From NCBI GenBank assembly GCA_030531695.1, contig JAUNMV010000005.1, forward strand, positions 1 to 54,393: a stretch of DNA of 54,393 nucleotides, written 5' to 3'. Of this stretch, positions 1 through 8,169 are shown in pieces. The translations under genes and the position numbers were made by a program. Source of the stretch: Bacilli bacterium. Its GTDB lineage: Bacteria; Bacillota_I; Bacilli_A; RF39; UBA660. Each line of letters opens with the position of its first letter. Within the stretch, counting starts at the first letter, position 1. The notes beneath the pieces were generated by a model that was not told the DNA's origin, did no database searches, and was given only the letters and a program-made list of their open reading frames with translations.

Positions 1-55
1 ATCACTTTTATCAAACTGCTTTTTTATTAATGTCTACTCTAAGGGGTGCAGTTCA
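1..55 (-). mobile_element. Terminal inverted repeat of an IS3-family (IS150/IS861-like) insertion sequence extending beyond the left edge
   Basis: Reverse complement of 31-55 is TGAACTGCACCCCTTAGAGTAGACA, resembling the TGAACTGCACCCC...TAGACA termini of IS150/IS861-type elements. It lies 16 bp past the stop of the next gene. No transposase is in the window. Confidence 0.7.
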
Positions 56-71
56 AAAAACTTGCTTTATT

Positions 72-2021
72 TTAATGTGTAACAGGTATTAATCTAAATC
101 TCATCCAACGGTTTTTAACTGAATCATTAACATCTGTTCCATTAGCAACAAATGTCTTTCCAGTTAAGCCTCCAACGTCGTTAGCACCTATATAAATATT
201 TCCATTAACAGCAGGTAAAGGATTACCGTCTGGATCTACTGGATTAATAACTACATTAGCATAGATGAAGAATGTACCTCCACCAGCAATAACTGTATTA
301 CCAGAATTATCTTTACCAGCAAATGATATAAACCATTGTTCCCAAGAGTATAGACCAGAAGTCTTTTTAATACATACATCTGATCCATCATAATATGTAC
401 CATTTTTAATTTGTAATGGATGTCCACCTTGAACAGAAGTAATTAAATATTTGCCACCACCAATAGATTTAACATTCCATTGTTGTGTAGCTTCACCAGT
501 AAATTTACTATATAAAACAGATGGTTCAGGAATACTGTCAGTTAAAGTCTTAGTAGTTAAGAATAAGTTAGAAGATGCAGCACTCATAATATAATAAGTA
601 CCATCTTGAAGAGTATCCATACCATTAGGATTCCAAGCTGAATAATGAAGACCATTTGCAGTCTCAACTGTTTCTAACGAATTAGCAGAATTATTAGCAA
701 TCTCAATCCAATCAGTATTATTATTACTTACAAATAATCTATGATTAATAGTATTTTGATTAGCTGTAACATAATCATGCCATACTGCTATTTCATCAAC
801 ATGGGGATTACTTATGCCATCATAAACTCCACCTAAATCCACTACAACACAGCGATTATTTTTATCACCTTCAGTAGCACCTTGTTTAGTTAAAGAAACA
901 ACACCATCTAATAATTCAGGTTTATTAGCAATAGTTGAAAAACCTCCACCAGGTCCATTAAAAGAGACCTGTTTTCCATAAGCTACATTAACTCCATCAA
1001 CAATAACTTGAATCTCACTCCAATAATTATTATTAATTGTAGCTGTATTACCTGTTCTAGAGCCATAAATACAATCTTTAACATATCTAACAGAATTTAA
1101 TCTTGAAGTTAATCTATTTGGAAAAACACTTACACTTGTTCCATTATAAGCATCTGCAGTAGTTGCTAATACTTTTTCAATCTTAGCAGAACCATCTCCA
1201 CTATTAACATCAGATAACATAACTCCATTTATAAAATACCCCGGAGTATAATTAGATTCTTCTGCAGTTATATTGTATTTAGTCAAATTAGCACCATTTC
1301 TCAAATAGGAAGATACACCAGCATAACCAGAGATGTAAGAAGAACCTCCTCCAGCACCCCCAGCACCTGTACTACCAGCTCCACCATAGTAGCCACCGCC
1401 ACCACCAGAACCAGATCCAGTACCATTTAATCCAACACCAAATGAACCAGAATTAGAATTAGCAGCAGCACCAGCTCCAGTACCAGATCCACTATTTCCT
1501 AAAATAGTACCTCCAGCACCACCTTGAGTACCACCACCGCCTCCAGCAGCAACCATAATTCTGTGGTCTAAAGTAGAATTCCAAGTACCACCTTCTAGTC
1601 TAACATCAGTGGCTCCTCCACCTTTACTAGCACCATCACCAGCACCGTTAAAAGTATTATTGTGTTTACCGACATAAAAATATAAATGCGTATTTTCTTT
1701 TAACCAAATAAGGCCAGAAGTATAAGCACCTAATCCACCATTATTAGAACCTTGAGCTCCCCATAACTCAATTTTATACCAACCAGATTGTCCCATAGGA
1801 ATAATATACTCTTGCCCTTCATCAATTGAATTACTATCAAATACAGTTTCAGTTAAACTAAACCTATTTAACTCTTTTTCAATATTCTCAACAAACTTTT
1901 TATTATTAACTCTATTAGTTTGCATTAAACTCATTATAACAATAACAATCATTATACCCATAAGCATAAGACCATATAAGATAGTTGAGAAAGCAAACCC
2001 CTTATTATTTAATTTAAACAT
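72..2021 (-). CDS. Pilin-like modular surface protein: class III-like signal peptide, glycine-rich (ALK/LTK-like) domain, galactose-binding/discoidin-like domain, ricin B-like lectin domain
   Basis: N-terminus NNKG|FAFSTILYGLMLMGIMIVIVIM (no Glu5). Motifs YKIELWGAQG, GGGATDVRL, RIMVAAGGGG, GGGSSYISG; WSEIQV/VDLG/DEIAVWH; QQW and EQW repeats. The ORF track starts at 2033; ATG 2021 follows a GGTGG SD-like sequence. Confidence 0.7.
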   Translation of the reverse strand: MFKLNNKGFAFSTILYGLMLMGIMIVIVIMSLMQTNRVNNKKFVENIEKELNRFSLTETVFDSNSIDEGQEYIIPMGQSGWYKIELWGAQGSNNGGLGAYTSGLIWLKENTHLYFYVGKHNNTFNGAGDGASKGGGATDVRLEGGTWNSTLDHRIMVAAGGGGGTQGGAGGTILGNSGSGTGAGAAANSNSGSFGVGLNGTGSGSGGGGGYYGGAGSTGAGGAGGGSSYISGYAGVSSYLRNGANLTKYNITAEESNYTPGYFINGVMLSDVNSGDGSAKIEKVLATTADAYNGTSVSVFPNRLTSRLNSVRYVKDCIYGSRTGNTATINNNYWSEIQVIVDGVNVAYGKQVSFNGPGGGFSTIANKPELLDGVVSLTKQGATEGDKNNRCVVVDLGGVYDGISNPHVDEIAVWHDYVTANQNTINHRLFVSNNNTDWIEIANNSANSLETVETANGLHYSAWNPNGMDTLQDGTYYIMSAASSNLFLTTKTLTDSIPEPSVLYSKFTGEATQQWNVKSIGGGKYLITSVQGGHPLQIKNGTYYDGSDVCIKKTSGLYSWEQWFISFAGKDNSGNTVIAGGGTFFIYANVVINPVDPDGNPLPAVNGNIYIGANDVGGLTGKTFVANGTDVNDSVKNRWMRFRLIPVTH

Positions 2022-2059
2022 TAAAACCACCATCTATTCTAAGACTAATTTTAACATAT

Positions 2060-2599
2060 TTATTTTAAAATAACTACCCATTTATCTCCATATTTTTTAT
2101 TCTTAACACAATTAAATCTATCAGGATAAACTATTCGATCAATAGAATCATTCTCACAAATAATAATTCCATCAGTATTTAATAAATCATATTCACTAAT
2201 TAATTTAACACTCTCTTCAATATAATTAGTTTTATATGGAGGATCTAAAAAAATAATATCAAATTTAATATTATTATTTTTAAAGTAAAGTAATGCTTCC
2301 CTATAATCATTCTTTAAAACACTACAATTATCAATCCCAATATTCTTAATATTATTATTAATAGTATTAACCGCTTTATAATTTTTATCTACTAAATAAG
2401 CATACTTAGCTCCATTAGATAATGCTTCTATTCCTAAATTACCACTACCTGAAAAAAGATCTAGTACAACACTATCTCTTATATTATTTTGTATCATTGC
2501 AAATAAAGATTCTTTTACTCTATCCATAGTAGGTCTAGTACCATCTATATCAAATCCATCTAACTTTCTACCTTTATATATTCCACTAATTATCTTCAT
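2060..2599 (-). CDS. rsmD: 16S rRNA (guanine(966)-N2)-methyltransferase RsmD
   Basis: MKIISG..KGRKL, TRPTMDRVKESLF, LDLFSGSG.LGIEALS, FLDPPY. Confidence 0.95.
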   Translation of the reverse strand: MKIISGIYKGRKLDGFDIDGTRPTMDRVKESLFAMIQNNIRDSVVLDLFSGSGNLGIEALSNGAKYAYLVDKNYKAVNTINNNIKNIGIDNCSVLKNDYREALLYFKNNNIKFDIIFLDPPYKTNYIEESVKLISEYDLLNTDGIIICENDSIDRIVYPDRFNCVKNKKYGDKWVVILK

Positions 2600-2886
2600 C
2601 TTTTAACACATCCATTTTCTTTATTAGTAATATTTTTAAGTTCACTCCTAATTTTAAGTATTATAAAATTAACTTCATTCTCATAATGTTTATACTCTAA
2701 ATATAATTCATTACTTACAATTTTACTCTTAATCTCCTCACTTCTAGTAATTTTATATTTAGAAATTAAATCTAATAATTCTTTATCTTCTTTAATTAGT
2801 TTATTTAAATTTTTAATCTTAATAATATTAGTATCTTTATCTAATTCTTCTTTTAAGATATTTACTTTTTCTATTAACTCTTCCAT
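2596..2886 (-). CDS. YlbF-family (Com_YlbF/RicF-like) helical protein
   Basis: 96-aa helical protein with YLEYKHYENEVNFII and a C-terminal Cys; occupies the ylbF position in the ylbD-ylbE-ylbF-ylbH(rsmD) order. Confidence 0.6.
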   Translation of the reverse strand: MEELIEKVNILKEELDKDTNIIKIKNLNKLIKEDKELLDLISKYKITRSEEIKSKIVSNELYLEYKHYENEVNFIILKIRSELKNITNKENGCVKR

Positions 2887-2901
2887 ACCAAGATTATAAC
2901 A

Positions 2902-3123
2902 CTATTTTAGTAAATCTAAAAATGTACTAATAGTATCTATATTATTAGAAAAATTTCTAATCCTATCTTCTAATGTAACTTTAAAATACTTCTTAGCTTC
3001 TTCTTCTACATTTTTTAAGTATCCACTATCTCTATTTAAATATTTATACCAATAAGAATTAATTCTTAAATAATCATATACTAATTTATTATTTTTTATA
3101 TAGTTAATTGTATATAAATCCAT
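2902..3123 (-). CDS. ylbE: YlbE-like sporulation protein
   Basis: YLRINSYWYKYLNRD...YFKVTLEDRIRNF resembles YlbE (WYRRLSR...YEKTIPHRVNQF); synteny. Confidence 0.75.
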   Translation of the reverse strand: MDLYTINYIKNNKLVYDYLRINSYWYKYLNRDSGYLKNVEEEAKKYFKVTLEDRIRNFSNNIDTISTFLDLLK

Positions 3124-3449
3124 TAATCCTCCATATGATGGTATATATCTCTCGGTATATATGGCTTATCTACACTACCAAAAGGTAATTCTTGTATTAG
3201 TCCTATTGTCTTTTGTAGATTTTCTATTCCTTTTTGAAATGAATCTACATCAATATTTTTTAAATTATTAATAATATCTTTTACTCCAACATTATTACTA
3301 CTAGTAATATACTTATTCCAAACACTATTATTCTCTCCATATATATCAAACAATTCATATAGTTTTTGCCAAGAGATTTCTCCATTTAATACATGATCAG
3401 CAAGTTCTGGATGATTTCCCGCAAATATTTTAAAACTTTCTTTAGACAT
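3123..3449 (-). CDS. ylbD: YlbD-family spore coat protein
   Basis: FKIFAGNHPEL...SWQKLYELFDIYGENNSVW matches the YlbD N-terminal pattern; synteny. Confidence 0.8.
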   Translation of the reverse strand: MSKESFKIFAGNHPELADHVLNGEISWQKLYELFDIYGENNSVWNKYITSSNNVGVKDIINNLKNIDVDSFQKGIENLQKTIGLIQELPFGSVDKPYIPRDIYHHMED

Positions 3450-3473
3450 ATTATCACCTATAGTATTTTATGT

Positions 3474-3501
3474 AAAAAGAAAAGAAGTATTTCTACTTCT
3501 T
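3474..3501 (-). terminator. Intrinsic terminator after parC
   Basis: aagaagta-tttc-tacttctt hairpin with a U-rich tract on the minus strand. Confidence 0.65.
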
Positions 3502-6061
3502 ACTTAAGAAAATCATCAATTGTCATTAATCTATCATCTATTTCAGATAATGAGATCTTATCTTTCTTTGGAACCTTGTCTTCGATAACTTCTACTATTT
3601 TAGGTTCTTCAATATCTAAAGTATCTTGAACCTCATCTGCACTCTCTAAACTTGATACTACAAATGCATCACTAAGATTATGTTTAGATACTTGACTACC
3701 TGTAGAATATCTATCAGCTATAGGGAATTCTGTTACTTTAAGTTCAGTAATTTCTCCATTCTTAATACCTATATGACATTTATTATCAATAATAAATGCT
3801 TTTAATACTCTATATGGATTAGATTTAACTTCTCTAATAGCTTGAATTCCTCTACGTGTACGACTTAAAATTTCAAATTCACTTAATCTTACTCTCTTAG
3901 CAGTACCCTTTTCAGTAATAACTGTTAAGAATTCATGTTTATTATAATCAAATGTAGTTGAAGATACTACATGATCATCTTTAATCATCATACCTTTAAC
4001 ACCACTAGCTTTAACTCCCATTACAGGAATATCCTCTGTCTTAAATGTTAATAAGTATCCTGAATCAGTAATCATCATGATTGTATTATATTCTTCTACA
4101 AATGCATCAAGTAATTGATCATCACCTTTTAACTTCATACAACTAGATGCTTTAGAATATCTTTGTAACTTAAAGTCTTTAAGTGGAGAACGTTTAACTA
4201 AACCATCTCTTGTTACTGTAATAATATTCTTATTTGATTCAAATTGATATGCAGGTATAGCACTAATTATTGCCTCTTCTGCAGGTACTTCTATTACATT
4301 ACTTACATGTTTAGGCATATCTTTCCATTTTAAATCTGGAATCATATGTACTGGTATATGTAAATAATTTCCACCACTAGTAAATACAAGTAATACATCT
4401 AATGTACTCATCTCATATAAACCAATAATATAATCATTTTCTTTTAGTGTTAAACCATCTGCTTCAGTAGCTTGATATGATCTAAATGAAGTACGTTTTA
4501 AATATCCATCTTTTGTAACTAAAACAACAACATCTTCTTTAGGTATCATAGCTTCAGCATCTATCTTAATATCAGTTATTTCTTCTTTAATATCAGTAAG
4601 TCTCTCAGTTGGATATTCTTTATTAACTTCTTTTAAATCTCTCTTAATTACATTTAATAATACTTTTTCACTTGCAAGTATAGCAGTTAATCCTTCTATT
4701 ACTTTCTTTAAGTTTTCTAATTCATTTTCAAGTGCTACAACATCTGTATTAGATAATCTATAAAGTTGTAATGTAACAATAGCTTCAGCTTGAGGTTCAG
4801 TAAATCCAAATTCCTTCATTAAGTTTTCTTTAGATTCAGCTTTATTCTTAGAAGCTCTAATTACTTTAATAACTTCATCAAGGATTGAAATACATTTAAT
4901 TAAACCTTCAACTATATGGAATCTTGCTTTAGCATGATTTAAATCAAATTCAGTTCTACGTCTTACAACTTGTTTTTCATGAGCAATAAATGCATCTAAT
5001 GCAGAAGCAAGTCCTAATAACTTAGGTCTTCTATTAACTATAGCTACCATATTAAAGTTATAACTAATTTGTAAATCAGTATTCTTTAATAAATAGTTAA
5101 GTATTAACTCTTTATTAGCATTTTTCTTAACATCAATAACTATTCTAACATCAGCTGCAGATTCATCTCTTACTTCAACAATTCCATCTATTTTTTTATC
5201 TATTCTTATATCATCAATTCTCTTAACAGTTTGAGCTTTATTAGATTCAAATGGAATTTCTGTAATAATTAAAGATGTCCCAGCTTTAGTCTCTTCCCAA
5301 CTATATCTACTCTTAATAACAATTCTTCCACGACCAGTTTTATAAGCATCTTTAATACCATCAATACCTTCAATAATTCCACCTGTAGGAAAATCAGGTC
5401 CTTTAACAAATTGCATTAATTCTTCTAGAGAACACTCTGGATGATCTATTCTATAAATAGTAGCATCTACTACTTCATTTAAGTTATGTGTAGGGATATT
5501 AGTTGCATATCCTGCAGAAATACCTTGTGCACCATATACAAGTAATGCTGGAAATCTAGCAGGAAGTACAGTAGGTTCAACTGTTGTATCATCAAAGTTA
5601 GGAGCAAATTCTACTGTATCCTTATCAATATCTCTTAACATTTCATTAGAAATCTTAGAAAGTCTAGCTTCAGTATAACGATAAGCGGCAGGAGAATCAC
5701 CATCAATTGATCCATTATTACCATGCATATCAATATATGGTAGTCTAGTCTTCCAAGGTTGACTCATTCTAACCATTGCATCATAAATTGATGTATCACC
5801 ATGTGGATGGTAATTACCAATAACATCTCCGACAGTCTTAGCTGACTTACGGTAACCTTTATCATAAGTATTCTTCTCTTTATGCATTGAGTAAAGAATA
5901 CGTCTTTGTACCGGCTTTAAACCATCTCTAGCATCTGGTATAGCTCTATCTTGAATAATGTACTTAGAATATGAACCAAATCTCTCACCCATGATATCTT
6001 CAAGAGTATAGTCAAATATTTTCTCTAGTACTTCTTCTGTTTCTGTCTTCTTTTTTGCCAT
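3500..6061 (-). CDS. parC: DNA topoisomerase IV subunit A
   Basis: YSKYIIQDRAIPDARDGLKPVQRRIL, YHPHGD, AAYRYTEARL; follows parE; no recognisable GyrA box. Confidence 0.93.
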   Translation of the reverse strand: MAKKKTETEEVLEKIFDYTLEDIMGERFGSYSKYIIQDRAIPDARDGLKPVQRRILYSMHKEKNTYDKGYRKSAKTVGDVIGNYHPHGDTSIYDAMVRMSQPWKTRLPYIDMHGNNGSIDGDSPAAYRYTEARLSKISNEMLRDIDKDTVEFAPNFDDTTVEPTVLPARFPALLVYGAQGISAGYATNIPTHNLNEVVDATIYRIDHPECSLEELMQFVKGPDFPTGGIIEGIDGIKDAYKTGRGRIVIKSRYSWEETKAGTSLIITEIPFESNKAQTVKRIDDIRIDKKIDGIVEVRDESAADVRIVIDVKKNANKELILNYLLKNTDLQISYNFNMVAIVNRRPKLLGLASALDAFIAHEKQVVRRRTEFDLNHAKARFHIVEGLIKCISILDEVIKVIRASKNKAESKENLMKEFGFTEPQAEAIVTLQLYRLSNTDVVALENELENLKKVIEGLTAILASEKVLLNVIKRDLKEVNKEYPTERLTDIKEEITDIKIDAEAMIPKEDVVVLVTKDGYLKRTSFRSYQATEADGLTLKENDYIIGLYEMSTLDVLLVFTSGGNYLHIPVHMIPDLKWKDMPKHVSNVIEVPAEEAIISAIPAYQFESNKNIITVTRDGLVKRSPLKDFKLQRYSKASSCMKLKGDDQLLDAFVEEYNTIMMITDSGYLLTFKTEDIPVMGVKASGVKGMMIKDDHVVSSTTFDYNKHEFLTVITEKGTAKRVRLSEFEILSRTRRGIQAIREVKSNPYRVLKAFIIDNKCHIGIKNGEITELKVTEFPIADRYSTGSQVSKHNLSDAFVVSSLESADEVQDTLDIEEPKIVEVIEDKVPKKDKISLSEIDDRLMTIDDFLK

Positions 6062-6074
6062 ATTTTTCTACCTC

Positions 6075-7979
6075 CTAAATCTCATAATCATCTTCAAGTG
6101 AGAATTCTACATTCTCTTCAATCCATTCCTTACGAGGAGGTACATCATCTCCCATAAGTATAGATACTCTTTTTTCTGCAAGTTGAGCATCTTCAATATT
6201 AACTCTTATTAAAGTTCTACTTCCAGGTTTCATTGTAGTTTCACATAATTGGTCTGCGTTCATTTCACCAAGACCTTTATATCTTTGAATATCACAACGT
6301 TTACCTTTAGACTTTTCTTTCATTTCTTCAACAGTATATGCATATTCTACTTCTTTACCAGTTTGTATTTTAAATAACGGTGGTAAAGCAACAAATAATC
6401 TTCCATCTTCAATTAATGGTTTCATATAACGATAGAAGAATGTTAATAATAAACATTGAATATGTCCACCATCTTCATCAGCATCGGACATGATTATTAC
6501 TTTAGAATATTCACAATCTTTTATATCAAAGTTAGATCCATATCCAGCACCGATTGTATATATCATTGTATTTATTTCTTCATTTTTTAATATTTCATCT
6601 TCACGAGTCTTTTCAGTATTTAATACCTTACCTCTTAAAGGAAGTATTGCTTGATAAGCTCTATCTCTACCTTGTTTAGCAGAACCACCGGCAGAATCTC
6701 CCTCGACTAAGAATAATTCTTTCTTAGTTTTATCCTTACTTTGAGCAGGAGCAAGCTTTCCGGATAAACTTCTTTCTTTTGTATTTTTCTTAGTACCCTT
6801 ACGAGCATCTTCTCTTGCTTTTCTAGCAGCTTCTCTTGCTATCTTACTCTTTAAACTCTTATTAATTATATCAGTAGCAATAGCTCTATTTTCTTCTAAA
6901 TATATTCGTAAGTTTTCAGTAACAACATTCTCAACTGCTGCCTTAGCTTGAGGAGTACCAAGCTTACCTTTAGTTTGTCCTTCAAATTGAAGTATACCTT
7001 CAGGTATTTTTAAACTTACAATTGCAGTTAAACCTTCACGAACATCACTACCATCTAAACTACCAGCATTACCTTTAATAAAACCATTACTTTTAGCATA
7101 GTCATTAAACACTTTAGTAAGTGCTGTCTTAAATCCAACTTCGTGAGATCCACCATCTATAGTTTTAACATTATTAACGAAACTAACAATATTTTCATTA
7201 TAAGTATCAGTATATTGCATAGATATTTCTACATCTATCTTATCTCTAGTACCACTAAAACTTAATACATTGTGTAATGTGTTTTTACCTTTATTTAAAT
7301 CTTCAACAAATTCTTCAATTCCTCTTTCATAATGGAATTTAGCACTTCTTTCATCTTCTTCATCAACTACTTCAATAGTAATACCTTTAAGTAAGAATGC
7401 AGACTCTTGCATTCTCTCACATACAGTTGTAAAAGAAAAATTAGTTGCTGAGAAAATCTCAGGATCAGGTAAGAATCTAACAGTAGTACCAGTACCTCTA
7501 GTTGGTCCTACTACTTTTAGTGGAACTTTTACATGACCACCATTTTCAAATCTAATATAGTGTTCTTGTTTATCTCTTTTAATAGTAACTTCCATCCATT
7601 TAGATAATGCATTTACTACTGAAGAACCAACACCATGTAATCCACCTGATACTTTATAACCATCTGATTCAAATTTACCACCGGCATGTAATACTGTATA
7701 AATAACTTCTGCAGCACTCTTACCAGATTCATGCATATCAACAGGTACACCACGACCATGATCTTCTACACTACAAGATTTATCAGAATGAAGAGTAATT
7801 TTAATATAATCTCCATATCCATTTATAGCTTCATCAACAGAGTTATCAACAATCTCCCATATCAAATGATGTAGTCCTCTCTTATCAGTAGAACCGATAT
7901 ACATACCAGGACGTTTTCTAACAGCTTCTAAGCCTTCTAGTATCTTAATCGATTTCGCATCATAACTTTTTTCTGCCAT
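6075..7979 (-). CDS. parE: DNA topoisomerase IV subunit B
   Basis: LEGLEAVRKRPGMYIG, EIVDNSVDE, VEGDSAGGSAKQGRDR, PLRGKVLN, QRYKGLGEMN. ATG at 7979 has an AGGAG SD (ORF track start 8039). Confidence 0.93.
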   Translation of the reverse strand: MAEKSYDAKSIKILEGLEAVRKRPGMYIGSTDKRGLHHLIWEIVDNSVDEAINGYGDYIKITLHSDKSCSVEDHGRGVPVDMHESGKSAAEVIYTVLHAGGKFESDGYKVSGGLHGVGSSVVNALSKWMEVTIKRDKQEHYIRFENGGHVKVPLKVVGPTRGTGTTVRFLPDPEIFSATNFSFTTVCERMQESAFLLKGITIEVVDEEDERSAKFHYERGIEEFVEDLNKGKNTLHNVLSFSGTRDKIDVEISMQYTDTYNENIVSFVNNVKTIDGGSHEVGFKTALTKVFNDYAKSNGFIKGNAGSLDGSDVREGLTAIVSLKIPEGILQFEGQTKGKLGTPQAKAAVENVVTENLRIYLEENRAIATDIINKSLKSKIAREAARKAREDARKGTKKNTKERSLSGKLAPAQSKDKTKKELFLVEGDSAGGSAKQGRDRAYQAILPLRGKVLNTEKTREDEILKNEEINTMIYTIGAGYGSNFDIKDCEYSKVIIMSDADEDGGHIQCLLLTFFYRYMKPLIEDGRLFVALPPLFKIQTGKEVEYAYTVEEMKEKSKGKRCDIQRYKGLGEMNADQLCETTMKPGSRTLIRVNIEDAQLAEKRVSILMGDDVPPRKEWIEENVEFSLEDDYEI

Positions 7980-8010
7980 ATTGTTATCACTCCTAATAAT
8001 TACAATTTTT

Positions 8011-8038
8011 ATTATAACCAAAGAAGAAATATTTTTCA
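8011..8038 (-). promoter_or_regulatory. Sigma-A-type promoter of parE-parC
   Basis: TTGAAA-N17-TATAAT on the minus strand. Confidence 0.6.
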
Positions 8039-8133
8039 ACTTTGAATTTCTTTTATTTACTTATATTTCAACAAATACTAACCATCATCTTAGGCCTAAT
8101 AATCATAACATATAATTATTTAATAATTCAAGC

Positions 8134-8161
8134 AAAATAAAAGTTGAGATAATACTCAACT
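8134..8161 (-). terminator. Intrinsic terminator directly after the toxin gene
   Basis: agttgag-ataata-ctcaact hairpin plus U-rich tract, 8 nt after the stop at 8170. Confidence 0.7.
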
Positions 8162-8169
8162 AAAATATT

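Noticed and set aside
1330-1650. Dense CCA/CCT/GCA triplet runs resembling a repeat array
   Set aside because: These are Gly/Ala codons of the glycine-rich domain; there is no repeat-spacer structure, so not CRISPR.
3393-3629. 78-aa plus-strand ORF
   Set aside because: Antisense to parC and ylbD and crosses a terminator; shadow ORF.
3500-7979. Alternative call as gyrA/gyrB
   Set aside because: YSKYIIQDRA is ParC-type, no GyrA box was recognised, and the locus lacks dnaA/dnaN/recF context.
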